This document shows positions 49,647 through 60,200 of a stretch of DNA of 64,000 nucleotides, piece after piece. Under the pieces are notes generated by a model. That model was not told where the DNA came from. It saw only the letters and a list, made by a program, of their open reading frames with translations, and did not search any database. The stretch is from Nemertoderma westbladi (Eukaryota > Animalia > Xenacoelomorpha), in NCBI GenBank assembly GCA_032718475.1, contig JAUCBJ010002983.1:32594-96593 (forward strand), written 5' to 3'. A program made the position numbers and the translations under genes. Numbering within the stretch: the first letter of the stretch is position 1; every line of letters begins with the position of its first letter.

Positions 49647-49871
49647 TACTAGACTGTCCCATAGCACCCGGTACTAGACTGTCCCATAGCACCCGGTATC
49701 TAGACTGTCCCATAGCACCCGGTACTAGACTGTCCATAGCACCCGGTACTAGACTGTCTCATGACACGCGGTACTAGACTGTCCCATGACACGCGGTACT
49801 AGACTGTCCCATTGCACCCGGTACTAGACTGTCCCGTAGCACCTGGTACTAGACTATCCCATGGCACCCGG
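49647..49871. repeat. Distal remnant of the 25-bp satellite (~9 diverged units)
   Basis: Same monomer resumes right after the RTE tail and decays (CTCATGACACGCGG, CTATCCCATGGCACCCGG). Confidence 0.97.
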
Positions 49872-50250
49872 CAGTACACCGCCTCAGGGCGCTGTGTACT
49901 ATACAAAGGGCAGATGGTGAATGTCAGACTGGAGACCCAGGCTACATCTTTCTCCCCAGTGGGCCAGCATCCCACTTAGGCCCTGACAACTCTTGGTGAA
50001 TCAGTTCAGTATGGCAATCTTACATTGGATGCATGTTGATGTAATCGGCATCCAACAGCATAGGATGCGGTCTGTGTAGAAGGTGCACCAATGGGAGGTT
50101 GGTGGACATTGTCGACAATTCAGCAGATATCAGAGGCGAGTAAGTGGTGTTGGTCTCCCAAAAAATGCTCCTATGCATCATTTTGGATATGGTAGACAAC
50201 TTGACAGATAAAATAACATTGGTTATGTTACTCCTTCGCCAACACTTACT
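49872..50250 (+). mobile_element. Degenerate 5' part of an RTE-type LINE (UTR + start of endonuclease)
   Basis: ~50030-50070 translates MHVDVIGIQQHRM (RTE APE motif D.IGIQEHR), with SGVGL at ~50142-50156. Preceded by a GC-rich hairpin at 49873-49900. Confidence 0.5.
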
Positions 50251-50518
50251 GAAGAAACAAATGTACATTATTTTTATTCCAAAATTTTAACATTACTAAA
50301 GGTCGTTAAGTATTAACAGCGAGTTGTTATTTAGCACTTTACAACTTTGGAGGACATTAGAGCCTTTACATTTAGTTATATTATTATTATGTTGTCCCAA
50401 CATAGCGACTTTACAGTGCATCCGTTCAATGCAAATGATTGAAATGAACCTGAAACTTGGGATCGCCATGGTTACCACATAAACAATAACCAATACTAAT
50501 ACTGAACCAATTTGTATT

Positions 50519-50531
50519 GTTGCTAGGTAAC
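50519..50531. promoter_or_regulatory. RFX X-box motif
   Basis: GTTGCTAGGTAAC is a near-consensus X-box. A second X-box-like ATCGCCATGGTTAC lies at ~50462-50475. Target gene not identified. Confidence 0.5.
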
Positions 50532-50955
50532 AGTTTGAATCAGCTGGTGGTGGGTTATATTTGTACTTGTTTATGTGCGTTTTTATATTTGAATTATTGT
50601 TTGTTTATATCATAATATACGGAGGCTTTTGAGTAAAAAAAAAAATATAAACAATAATTGGTATTTATTATTAATTGCCTGACAGCCATGCAGTATCTAC
50701 CGCCGCCTCTACCTTTTTAGCTCTACGTTGCCTTCAGTGTTTACATCAACCACGTCAACAGAAATTCAGAACAAAATGCAGAATCTCAACAGAATAATAT
50801 TGCAATTATGGGGGATCCTGATGACAGGCTCCATCGAGACCATTCTATGTAACTGGGTGTCTCATTGAGAAATTTATACGAGGAAAGACACCGGCCATTA
50901 TCTATGACTTGGGTTGGGTAAGGTAATGTAATCTTACAAACAATTTGTTATTTTT

Positions 50956-51045
50956 GTGGTTGGACTGGTTAGTAGTTAGCGCTATAACTAATGAGGCCTG
51001 ACTAACGAAACGCGTTTATAGCGCTGGTTCAACCCCCGTTTACAT
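50956..51045 (+). mobile_element. Possible tRNA-derived SINE head (degenerate)
   Basis: A-box-like GTGGTTGGACTGGTTA, B-box-like GGTTCAACCCC, and an internal 10-bp inverted repeat AGCGCTATAA/TTATAGCGCT. No proper cloverleaf. Confidence 0.3.
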
Positions 51046-51157
51046 GCCCTTTTCCCAACAAAATCATATTCATATCATAAATCATATCATTTAACGTTTA
51101 CGGTAATAGGAAACTGAGGGTATAAGAACCATAATCTTTTCATTACTTTATATTACT

Positions 51158-54100
51158 ACTAGAACGCCATCAAGATGGCTTTAAACTAACCCCTGATTCG
51201 ATATTTTTTACAGTTTGTGGGGTGTAAGACCCTTGTGTTTACCTTTTAGTTAAACTAACCCCTGATTCGATATTTTTTACAGTTTGTGGGGTGTAAGACT
51301 CTTGTGTTTACCTTTTAGTTAAACTAACCCCTGATTCGATATTTTTTACAGTTTGTGGGGTGTAAGACTCTTGTGTTTACCTTTTAGTTAAACTAACCCC
51401 TGATGCGATATTTTTTACAGTTTGTGGGGTGTAAGACTCTTGTGTTTACCTTTTAGTTAAACTAACCCCTGATTCGATATTTTTTACAGTTTGTGGGGTG
51501 TAAGACTCTTGTGTTTACCTTTTAGATAAACTAACCCCTGATTCAATTTTTTTACAGTTTGTGGGGTGTAAGACTCTTGTTTTTACCTTTTAGTTAAACT
51601 AACCCCTGATTCGATATTTTTACAGTTTGTGGGGTGTAAGACTCTTGTGTTTGTTTACCTTTTAGTTAAACTAACCCCTGATTCGATATTTTTTACAGTT
51701 TTTGGGGTGTAAGACTCTTGTGTTTACCTTTTAGTTAAACTAACCCCTGATTCGATATTTTTTACAGTTTGTGGGGTGTAAGACTCTTGTGTTTGTTTAC
51801 CTTTTAGTTAAACTAACCCCTGATTCGATATTTTTTACAGTTTGTGGGGTGTAAGACTCTTGTGTTTACCTTTTAGTTAAACTAACCCCTGATTCGATAT
51901 TTTTTACAGTTTGTGGGGTATAAGACTCTTGTGTTTGTTTACCTTTTAGTTAAACTAACCCCTGATTCGATATTTTTTACAGTTTGTGGGGTGTAAGACT
52001 CTTGTGTTTACCTTTTAGTTAAACTAACCCCTGATTCGATATTTTTTACAGTTTGTGGGGTGTAAGACTCTTGTGTTTACCTTTTAGTTAAACTAACCCC
52101 TGATTCGATATTTTTTACAGTTTGTGGGGTGTAAGACTCTTGTGTTTACCTTTTAGTTAAACCAACCCCTGATTCGATATTTTTTACAGTTTGTGGGGTG
52201 TAAGACTCTTGTGTTTACCTTTTAGTTAAACTAACCCCTGATTCGATATTTTTTACAGTTTGTGGGGTGTAAGACTCTTGTGTTTGTTTACCTTTTAGTT
52301 AAACTAACCCCTGATTCGATATTTTTTACAGTTTGTGGGGTGTAAGACTCTTGTGTTTACCTTTTAGTTAAACTAACCCCTGATTCGATATTTTTTACAG
52401 TTTGTGGGGTGTAAGACTCTTGTGTTTACCTTTTAGTTAAACTAACCCCTGATTCGATATTTTTACAGTTTGTGGGGTGTAAGACTCTTGTGTTTGTTTA
52501 CCTTTTAGTTAAACTAACCCCTGATTCGACATTTTTTACAGTTTGTGGGGTGTAAGACTCTTGTGTTTACCTTTTAGTTAAACTAACCCCTGATTCGATA
52601 TTTTTTACAGTTTGTGGGGTATAAGACTCTTGTGTTTACCTTTTAGTTAAACTAACCCCTGATTCGATATTTTTTACAGTTTGTTGGGTGTAAGACTCTT
52701 GTGTTTACCTTTTAGTTAAACTAACCCCTGATTCGATATTTTTTACAGTTTGTTGGGTGTAAGACTCTTGTGTTTACCTTTTAGTTAAACTAACCCCTGA
52801 TTCGATATTTTTTACAGTTTGTGGGGTGTAAGACTCTTGTGTTTACCTTTTAGTTAAACTAACCCCTGATTCGATATTTTTTACAGTTTGTGGGGTTTAA
52901 GACTCTTGTGTTTGTTTACCTTTTAGTTAAACTAACCCCTGATTCGATATTTTTTACAGTTTGTGGGGTGTAAGACTCTTGCGTTTACCTTTTAGTTAAA
53001 CTAACCCCTGATTCGATATTTTTTACAGTTTGTGGGGTGTAAGACTCTTGTGTTTACCTTTTAGTTAAACTAACCCCTGATTCGATATTTTTTACAGTTT
53101 GTGGGGTTTAAGACTCTTGTGTTTGTTTACCTTTTAGTTAAACTAACCCCTGATTCGATATTTTTTACAGTTTGTGGGGTGTAAGACTCTTGTGTTTACC
53201 TTTTAGTTAAACTAACCCCTGTTTCGATATTTTTTACAGTTTGTGTGGTATAAGACTCTTGTGTTTACCTTTTAGTTAAACTAACCCCTGATTCGATATT
53301 TTTTACAGTTTGTTGGGTGTAAGACTCTTGTGTTTACCTTTTAGTTAAACTAACCCCTGATTCGATATTTTTTACAGTTTGTGGGGTGTAAGACTCTTGT
53401 GTTTACCTTTTAGTTAAACTAACCCCTGATTCAATTTTTTTACAGTTTGTGGGGTGTAAGGCTCTTGTTTTTACCTTTTAGTTAAACTAACCCCTGATTC
53501 GATATTTTTACAGTTTGTGGGGTGTAAGACTCTTGTGTTTGTTTACCTTTTAGTTAAACTAACCCCTGATTCGATATTTTTTACAGTTTGTGGGGTGTAA
53601 GACTCTTGTGTTTACCTTTTAGTTAAACTAACCCCTGATTCGATATTTTTTACAGTTTGTTGGGTGTAAGACTCTTGTGTTTACCTTTTAGTTAAACTAA
53701 CCCCTGATTCGATATTTTTTACAGTTTGTGGGGTATAAGACTCTTGTGTTTACCTTTTAGTTAAACTAACCCCTGATTCGATATTTTTTACAGTTTGTTG
53801 GGTGTAAGACTCTTGTGTTTACCTTTTAGTTAAACTAACCCCTGATTCGATATTTTTTACAGTTTGTTGGGTGTAAGACTCTTGTGTTTACCTTTTAGTT
53901 AAACTAACCTCTGATTCGATATTTTTTACAGTTTGTTGGGTGTAAGACTCTTGTGTTTACCTTTTAGTTAAACTAACCCCTGATTCGATATTTTTTACAG
54001 TTTGTGGGGTGTAAGACTCTTGTGTTTACCTTTTAGTTAAACTAACCCCTGATTCGATATTTTTTACAGTTTGTTGGGTGTAAGACTCTTGTGTTTGTTT

Positions 54101-54648
54101 ACCTTTTAGTTAAACTAACCCCGGATTCGATATTTTTTACAGTTTGTGGGGTGTGAGACTCTTGTGTTTACCTTTTAGTTAAACTAACCCCTGATTCGAT
54201 ATTTTTTACAGTTTGTGGGGTGTAAGACTCTTGTGTTTACCTTTTAGTTAAACTAACCCCTGATTCTATATTTTTTACAGTTTGTTGGGTGTAAGACTCT
54301 TGTGTTTGTTTACCTTTTAGTTAAACTAACCCCGGATTCGATATTTTTTACAGTTTGTGGGGTGTGAGACTCTTGTGTTTACCTTTTAGTTAAACTAACC
54401 CCTGATTCGATATTTTTTACAGTTTGTGGGGTGTAAGACTCTTGTGTTTACCTTTTAGTTAAACGAACCCCTGATTCGATATTTTTTACAGTTTGTGGGG
54501 TGTAAGACTCTTGTGTTTACCTTTTAGTTAAACTAACCCCTGATTCGATATTTTTTACAGTTTGTGGGGTGTAAGACTCTTGTGTTTACCTTTTAGTTAA
54601 ACGAACCTGTCTTACACAAACTCCAAGAAGTGACAGGTTCCTAATAAT
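51158..54648 (-). mobile_element. Putative Helentron-associated non-autonomous element (HINE/DINE-1-like) carrying the 69-bp array
   Basis: On the minus strand: a 5' short inverted repeat GAACCTGTC...GACAGGTTC (54632-40 / 54603-11), the tandem array, a 3' hairpin GCCATC-TT-GATGGC (51166-79), then TTCTAGT. Confidence 0.5.
51181..54607. repeat. 69-bp tandem repeat, ~49 copies (some 73-bp units with an extra TTTG)
   Basis: Unit TTAAACTAACCCCTGATTCGATATTTTTTACAGTTTGTGGGGTGTAAGACTCTTGTGTTTACCTTTTAG, repeated with very few differences. Confidence 0.99.
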
Positions 54649-55265
54649 ATCGAGAGATTTAGCCAATGATTGTCGGTACAGTTTTATCTACTCACAAATA
54701 AGTCACGATGAAACTTCCCTGTCCGAAAACTATAAATATTTGGAATAAATCTGGGAGTATGATGATGATGAATCAATGAAAATTGAACAAATGAAGCTAA
54801 ATCGATTTCCAGAAAACAACGAGTAACATACTTAGATGTTATTCTTATGATTTTAATAAAGAGTAGAATAAAATATATTTACATATTATTTACAAGTTTA
54901 TTTACATATACAACCGATCTCCTAAATATACAAATAAGTTCGCTGCTACAATATAGACTGTAGACTACACAAGACGTAGCTCAATAGAAGAGCGGGGTGG
55001 GTGTCCCCAAATCTCGAGTAAATGTTATTCCCATTTCTGCAACAAACATTTTATGTTTTATGTTTATTAAAATATTTATCGTAAAATATTTGTTCTGATT
55101 TTCTGGAAAATTCTAACTGACTAAAAATTGATTTTAATTATTTAATTCAGTTTGCTGCTTCTTGTTCTAAAATGACTGTCATAAAAAAAATGTGACTTTT
55201 TTATTACGCCAAAAATTCATTTCTTGTCATTCAAATTAAAAAAATTAAGTTTGTTGATTTTTATA

Positions 55266-55589
55266 TCAAACCAAATCGCAAAGGGCCGCTACACCCCTCA
55301 GAATCCAATGTTTAGATTCTCTATCACTAGGCAACTCGATTGTGGTGATGTAGTTAGTGCTGTGTCCGGAGGACGTTAGTGTTCCCGCACGCCTCCCGGT
55401 GGTGTAAACCGGGCACTCATATTGAAGATCAGCAGTTCCATTGCCGCGCTCTAGGTTGCGTGATGAGTTAGACTTGGGGCTTTCGCTTCGAATCTCCGTA
55501 TTTGTTTGTCGGTTGCTTTCAGTTTCCTGCTCATCCGTGTTCGGGGGATCGCATCCCATAGACTCAGTTGCGTTTTCTGACATGGAATA
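55266..55589 (-). CDS. Axonemal dynein heavy chain, terminal exon
   Basis: Acceptor TTTCCGCAG. YECPVYTTGRRAGTLTSSGHSTNYITTIELPSD...HWILRGVAALC is the dynein heavy chain C-terminal signature of single-headed inner-arm type. Confidence 0.93.
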   Translation of the reverse strand, partial: YSMSENATESMGCDPPNTDEQETESNRQTNTEIRSESPKSNSSRNLERGNGTADLQYECPVYTTGRRAGTLTSSGHSTNYITTIELPSDRESKHWILRGVAALCDLV

Positions 55590-56078
55590 CTGCGGAAATA
55601 AAATCGTTTGTGTTTGTGTTGTAAAACCTAAACTATTTATATTTGTATTATGTACTATACCGATAGAACCTACTGTACTGTACATCATAAATGCAATACT
55701 GTATATTATACTTTAAAGTGAGTATAGATAATGTTATGTATTAAATTTATGTAGTTTTTATGTTGTAGGCTAAATTTTCTCTCCGGTCCACCCCTTCACG
55801 TTAACGTGTAGGCCTAAATACTTATTAATATTAATACTAATGTTTGAAGGCTAAAAAATTAAACCAAATTTGGTACATTAGTCTGTCAAACGTTTTCAAT
55901 GTAATTTCCGTTGGAGGTCTTTGCAGTTCCCCAGTCTACCGCTAGATGGCTACTTGACTTGGCAACTATTGAAATGTTGTTGCACGTATGCTAACCCCGC
56001 TTACTTCATCTTACGCGAAGGCCCCACGAACGCGTACGGTATTTAACGTACGTTTTGTCCGAGAGTCTCATAACTCAC

Positions 56079-56228
56079 TTGTACAGGAATTAAATTGACA
56101 GCCGGGAGTCGAATATCAACAGCTGACGTTGAACTTAGAGGCAAGTCTTCCAGCTGTGATTGTTCGCTATTCCAACGGGCGCCGTCTAGATACAGACCGT
56201 AAATAACTACACCGGGTCCACTCTCGTC
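56079..56228 (-). CDS. Axonemal dynein heavy chain, penultimate exon
   Basis: TTTCAG|...|GTGAGT, 150 nt, phase 0/0. Translates DESGPGVVIYGLYLDGARWNSEQSQLED...LPAVNLIPVQ (G.YI.GLFLDGARW motif). Confidence 0.92.
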
Positions 56229-56636
56229 CTGAAATACAAAGTAATTATCCGTAATTAAATAAGCCGAGGTGGTCCATTGGATTTTTATATAATTTCAAAC
56301 TCAACAAATTAAAGTAGAGCGATAAGAGTAAATGAGTAAAGAGCGATAGCATGCATTGACTACGGATTTATGGACCAAAACGCATTTAAAATGTACATAT
56401 AGGAATGGTTACAAGAAAAAAAACGGTTGGGGTTTCAAATTTTAATACGTGGAATACCGAAATTATTTTTTTTTATTGCATGCTTTAAAACTAGCGTTGT
56501 AATGTGTGTAAACCCAATTATTCCTAGTTTCGAGTGATTGCCGAGATTTATATTTCATGATAATTTGGTACCAAAACAATAAATACCTATACTCCACCAG
56601 GTCCAACTACAATCCAGACTATAATGAATCGATTAC

Positions 56637-56746
56637 CTCGAACTCAGAACCATCGAAGGAAGGAGTTACTCGGTACCGGTAGCTAAGGGAATCTACAGGA
56701 ACTTTCAGTTTCCTGGCAACATCTTGGAGAACCGTCAACAGCAAAC
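56637..56746 (-). CDS. Axonemal dynein heavy chain, internal exon
   Basis: TTTTTCTAG|...|GTAATC, 110 nt, phase 1/0. Translates (G)LLLTVLQDVARKLKVPVDSLSYRY (LQ..AR....ID.L motif). Confidence 0.88.
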
Positions 56747-56854
56747 CTAGAAAAAGTTGAATAAAGTCCCAGTGAGCAATAATTAACCAAGAACTAAATT
56801 ATACGAATATCGTACACAATTATTTTTTGCTTAATGTCCCTTCTACACACCCAC

Positions 56855-57026
56855 CTTGGGGGAAGAAGAAAGCAGGGAGCCAGTAACTTCGTGGATTGGG
56901 GCTAGCGTTGCGCTCCCTAGCGGCCGTCAACCGAACTCGAATAGACCAACCTCGGAAGAACTCAACTCTCTCACAAAGATCGTTTATCCACGATCCTAAA
57001 CTCCTGTTCGACGCGTAGGCTGCTGC
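56855..57026 (-). CDS. Axonemal dynein heavy chain, internal exon (DNAH14/DNAH6-like); gene continues beyond the window
   Basis: TTTTAG|...|GTGGGT, 172 nt, phase 0/1. Translates AAAYASNRSLGSWINDLCERVEFFRGW...PRSYWLPAFFFPQ. Phases are compatible across all four exons. Paralog assignment is tentative. Confidence 0.9.
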
Positions 57027-57227
57027 CTAAAATTAATCAGCAGTTTAACATTAATAAACTACCAAATGAGACGATAGTAATCAGGTTCCAATGGTTACCA
57101 AAATACAAAATAAAATACAAAAATACAAATAAATAGCTGGAAAAAAGAAAGAAACTTAATTCAACATTAATAATACAAAATGTATTGTATTAAAACTTTT
57201 CATATTTGACTCAGAACTGTCTGCACT

Positions 57228-60200
57228 AAAACCAACCACAATCAATGTACCAACCACAATCAGTGAACCAACCACAATCAATGAACCAACCACAATCAAT
57301 GAACCAACCACAATCAATGAACCAACCACAATCAGTGAACAAACCACAATCAGTGAACCAACCACAATCAGTGAACCAACCACCATCAGTGAACCAACCA
57401 CAATCAATGAACCAACCACAATCCAACCACAATCAGTGAACCAACCACAATCAGTGAACCAACCACAATCAGTGAACCAACCACAATCAATGAACCAACC
57501 ACAATCAGTGAACCAACCACAATCAATGAACCAACCACAATCAGTGAACCAACCACAATCAATGAACCAACCACAATCAATGAACCAACCACAATCAGTG
57601 AACCAACCACAATCAGTGAACCAACCACAATCAGTGAACCAACCACAATCAGTGAACCAACCACAATCAATGAACCAACCACAATCAGTGAACCAACCAC
57701 AATCAGTGAACCAACCACAATCAGTGAACCAACCACAATCAGTGAACCAACCACCATCAGTGAACCAACCACAATCAATGAACCAACCACAATCAGTGAA
57801 CCAACCACAATCAATGAACCAACCACAATCAATGAACCAACCACAATCAATGAACCAACCACAATCAGTGAACAAACCACAATCAGTGAACCAACCACAA
57901 TCAGTGAACCAACCACCATCAGTGAACCAACCACAATCAATGAACCAACCACAATCCAACCACAATCAGTGAACCAACCACAATCAGTGAACCAACCACA
58001 ATCAATGAACCAACCACAATCAGTGAACCAACCACAATCAATGAACCAACCACAATCAATGAACCAACCACAATCAATGAACCAACCACAATCAGTGAAC
58101 AAACCACAATCAGTGAACCAACCACAATCAATGAACCAACCACAATCAGTGAACCAACCACAATCAATGAACCAACCACAATCAGTGAACCAACCACAAT
58201 CAATGAACCAACCACAATCAATGAACCAACCACAATCAGTGAACCAACCACAATCAGTGAACCAACCACAATCAATGAACCAACCACAATCAGTGAACCA
58301 ACCACAATCAGTGAACCAACCACAATCAGTGAACCAACCACCATCAGTGAACCAACCACAATCAATGAACCAACCACAATCAGTGAACCAACCACCATCA
58401 GTGAACCAACCACAATCAATGAACCAACCACAATCCAACCACAATCAGTGAACCAACCACAATCAGTGAACCAACCACAATCAGTGAACCAACCACAATC
58501 AATGAACCAACCACAATCAGTGAACCAACCACAATCAATGAACCAACCACAATCAGTGAACCAACCACAATCAATGAACCAACCACAATCAATGAACCAA
58601 CCACAATCAGTGAACCAACCACAATCAGTGAACCAACCACAATCAGTGAACCAACCACAATCAGTGAACCAACCACAATCAATGAACCAACCACAATCAG
58701 TGAACCAACCACAATCAGTGAACCAACCACAATCAGTGAACCAACCACAATCAGTGAACCAACCACAATCAGTGAACCAACCACAATCAGTGAACATACC
58801 ACAATCAGTGAACCAACCACAATCAGTGAACCAACCACAATCAGTGAACCAACCACAATCAGTGAACCAACCACAATCAGTGAACCAACCACAATCAGTG
58901 AACCAACCACAATCAGTGAACCAACCACAATCAATGAACCAACCACAATCAGTGAACCAACCACAATCAGTGAACATACCACAATCAGTGAACCAACCAC
59001 AATCAGTGAACCAACCACAATCAGTGAACCAACCACAATCAGTGAACCAACCACAATCAGTGAACCAACCACAATCAGTGAACCAACCACAATCAGTGAA
59101 CCAACCACAATCAGTGAACCAACCACAATCAGTGAACCAACCACAATCAGTGAACCAACCACAATCAGTGAACCAACCACAATCAGTGAACCAACCACAA
59201 TCAGTGAACCAACCACAATCAATGAACCAACCACAATCAGTGAACCAACCACAATCAGTGAACCAACCACAATCAATGTACCAACCACAATCAGTGAACC
59301 AACCACAATCAATGAACCAACCACAATCAGTGAACCAACCACAATCAATGAACCAACCACAATCAGTGAACATACCACAATCAGTGAACCAACCACAATC
59401 AGTGAACCAACCACCATCAATGAACCAACCACAATCCAACCACAATCAGTGAACCAACCACAATCAATGAACCAACCACAATCAATGAACCAACCACAAT
59501 CAGTGAACCAACCACAATCAGTGAACCAACCACAATCAGTGAACCAACCACCATCAATGAACCAACCACAATCCAACCACAATCAGTGAACCAACCACAA
59601 TCAATGAACCAACCACAATCAATGAACCAACCACAATCAGTGAACCAACCACAATCAGTGAACCAACCACAATCAGTGAACCAACCACAATCAATGAACC
59701 AACCACAATCAGTGAACCAACCACAATCAGTGAACATACCACAATCAGTGAACCAACCACAATCAGTGAACCAACCACCATCAATGAACCAACCACAATC
59801 CAACCACAGTCAATGAACCAACCACAATCAATGAACCAACCACAATCAGTGAACCAACCACAATCAATGAACCAACCACAATCAGTGAACCAACCACAAT
59901 CAGTGAACCAACCACAATCAATGAACCAACCACAATCAGTGAACCAACCACAATCAGTGAACATACCACAATCAGTGAACCAACCACAATCAGTGAACCA
60001 ACCACCATCAATGAACCAACCACAATCCAACCACAATCAGTGAACCAACCACAATCAATGAACCAACCACAATCAATGAACCAACCACAATGAGTGAACC
60101 AACCACCATCAGTGAACCAACCACAATCAATGAACCAACCACAATCAATGAACCAACCACAATCAATGAACCAACCACAATCAGTGAACCAACCACAATC

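Noticed and set aside
50956-51045. Functional tRNA gene
   Set aside because: A/B-box-like motifs are present but no acceptor stem or cloverleaf could be built; kept only as a low-confidence SINE-like remnant.
51181-54607. 69-bp array as CRISPR or telomeric repeat
   Set aside because: The whole unit is repeated with no variable spacer. Each unit has only one CTAACCC, not a (TTAGGG)n tract.
55590-55688. N-terminal part of the 140-aa ORF as coding
   Set aside because: It is intronic, lying upstream of the TTTCCGCAG acceptor; the real exon starts at 55589.
2552-57026. A dedicated cilia/microtubule gene cluster (MEIG1, TUBGCP5, dynein)
   Set aside because: Three genes with an unrelated one among them could be chance. 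Without synteny data only the MEIG1/TUBGCP5 promoter link is retained.
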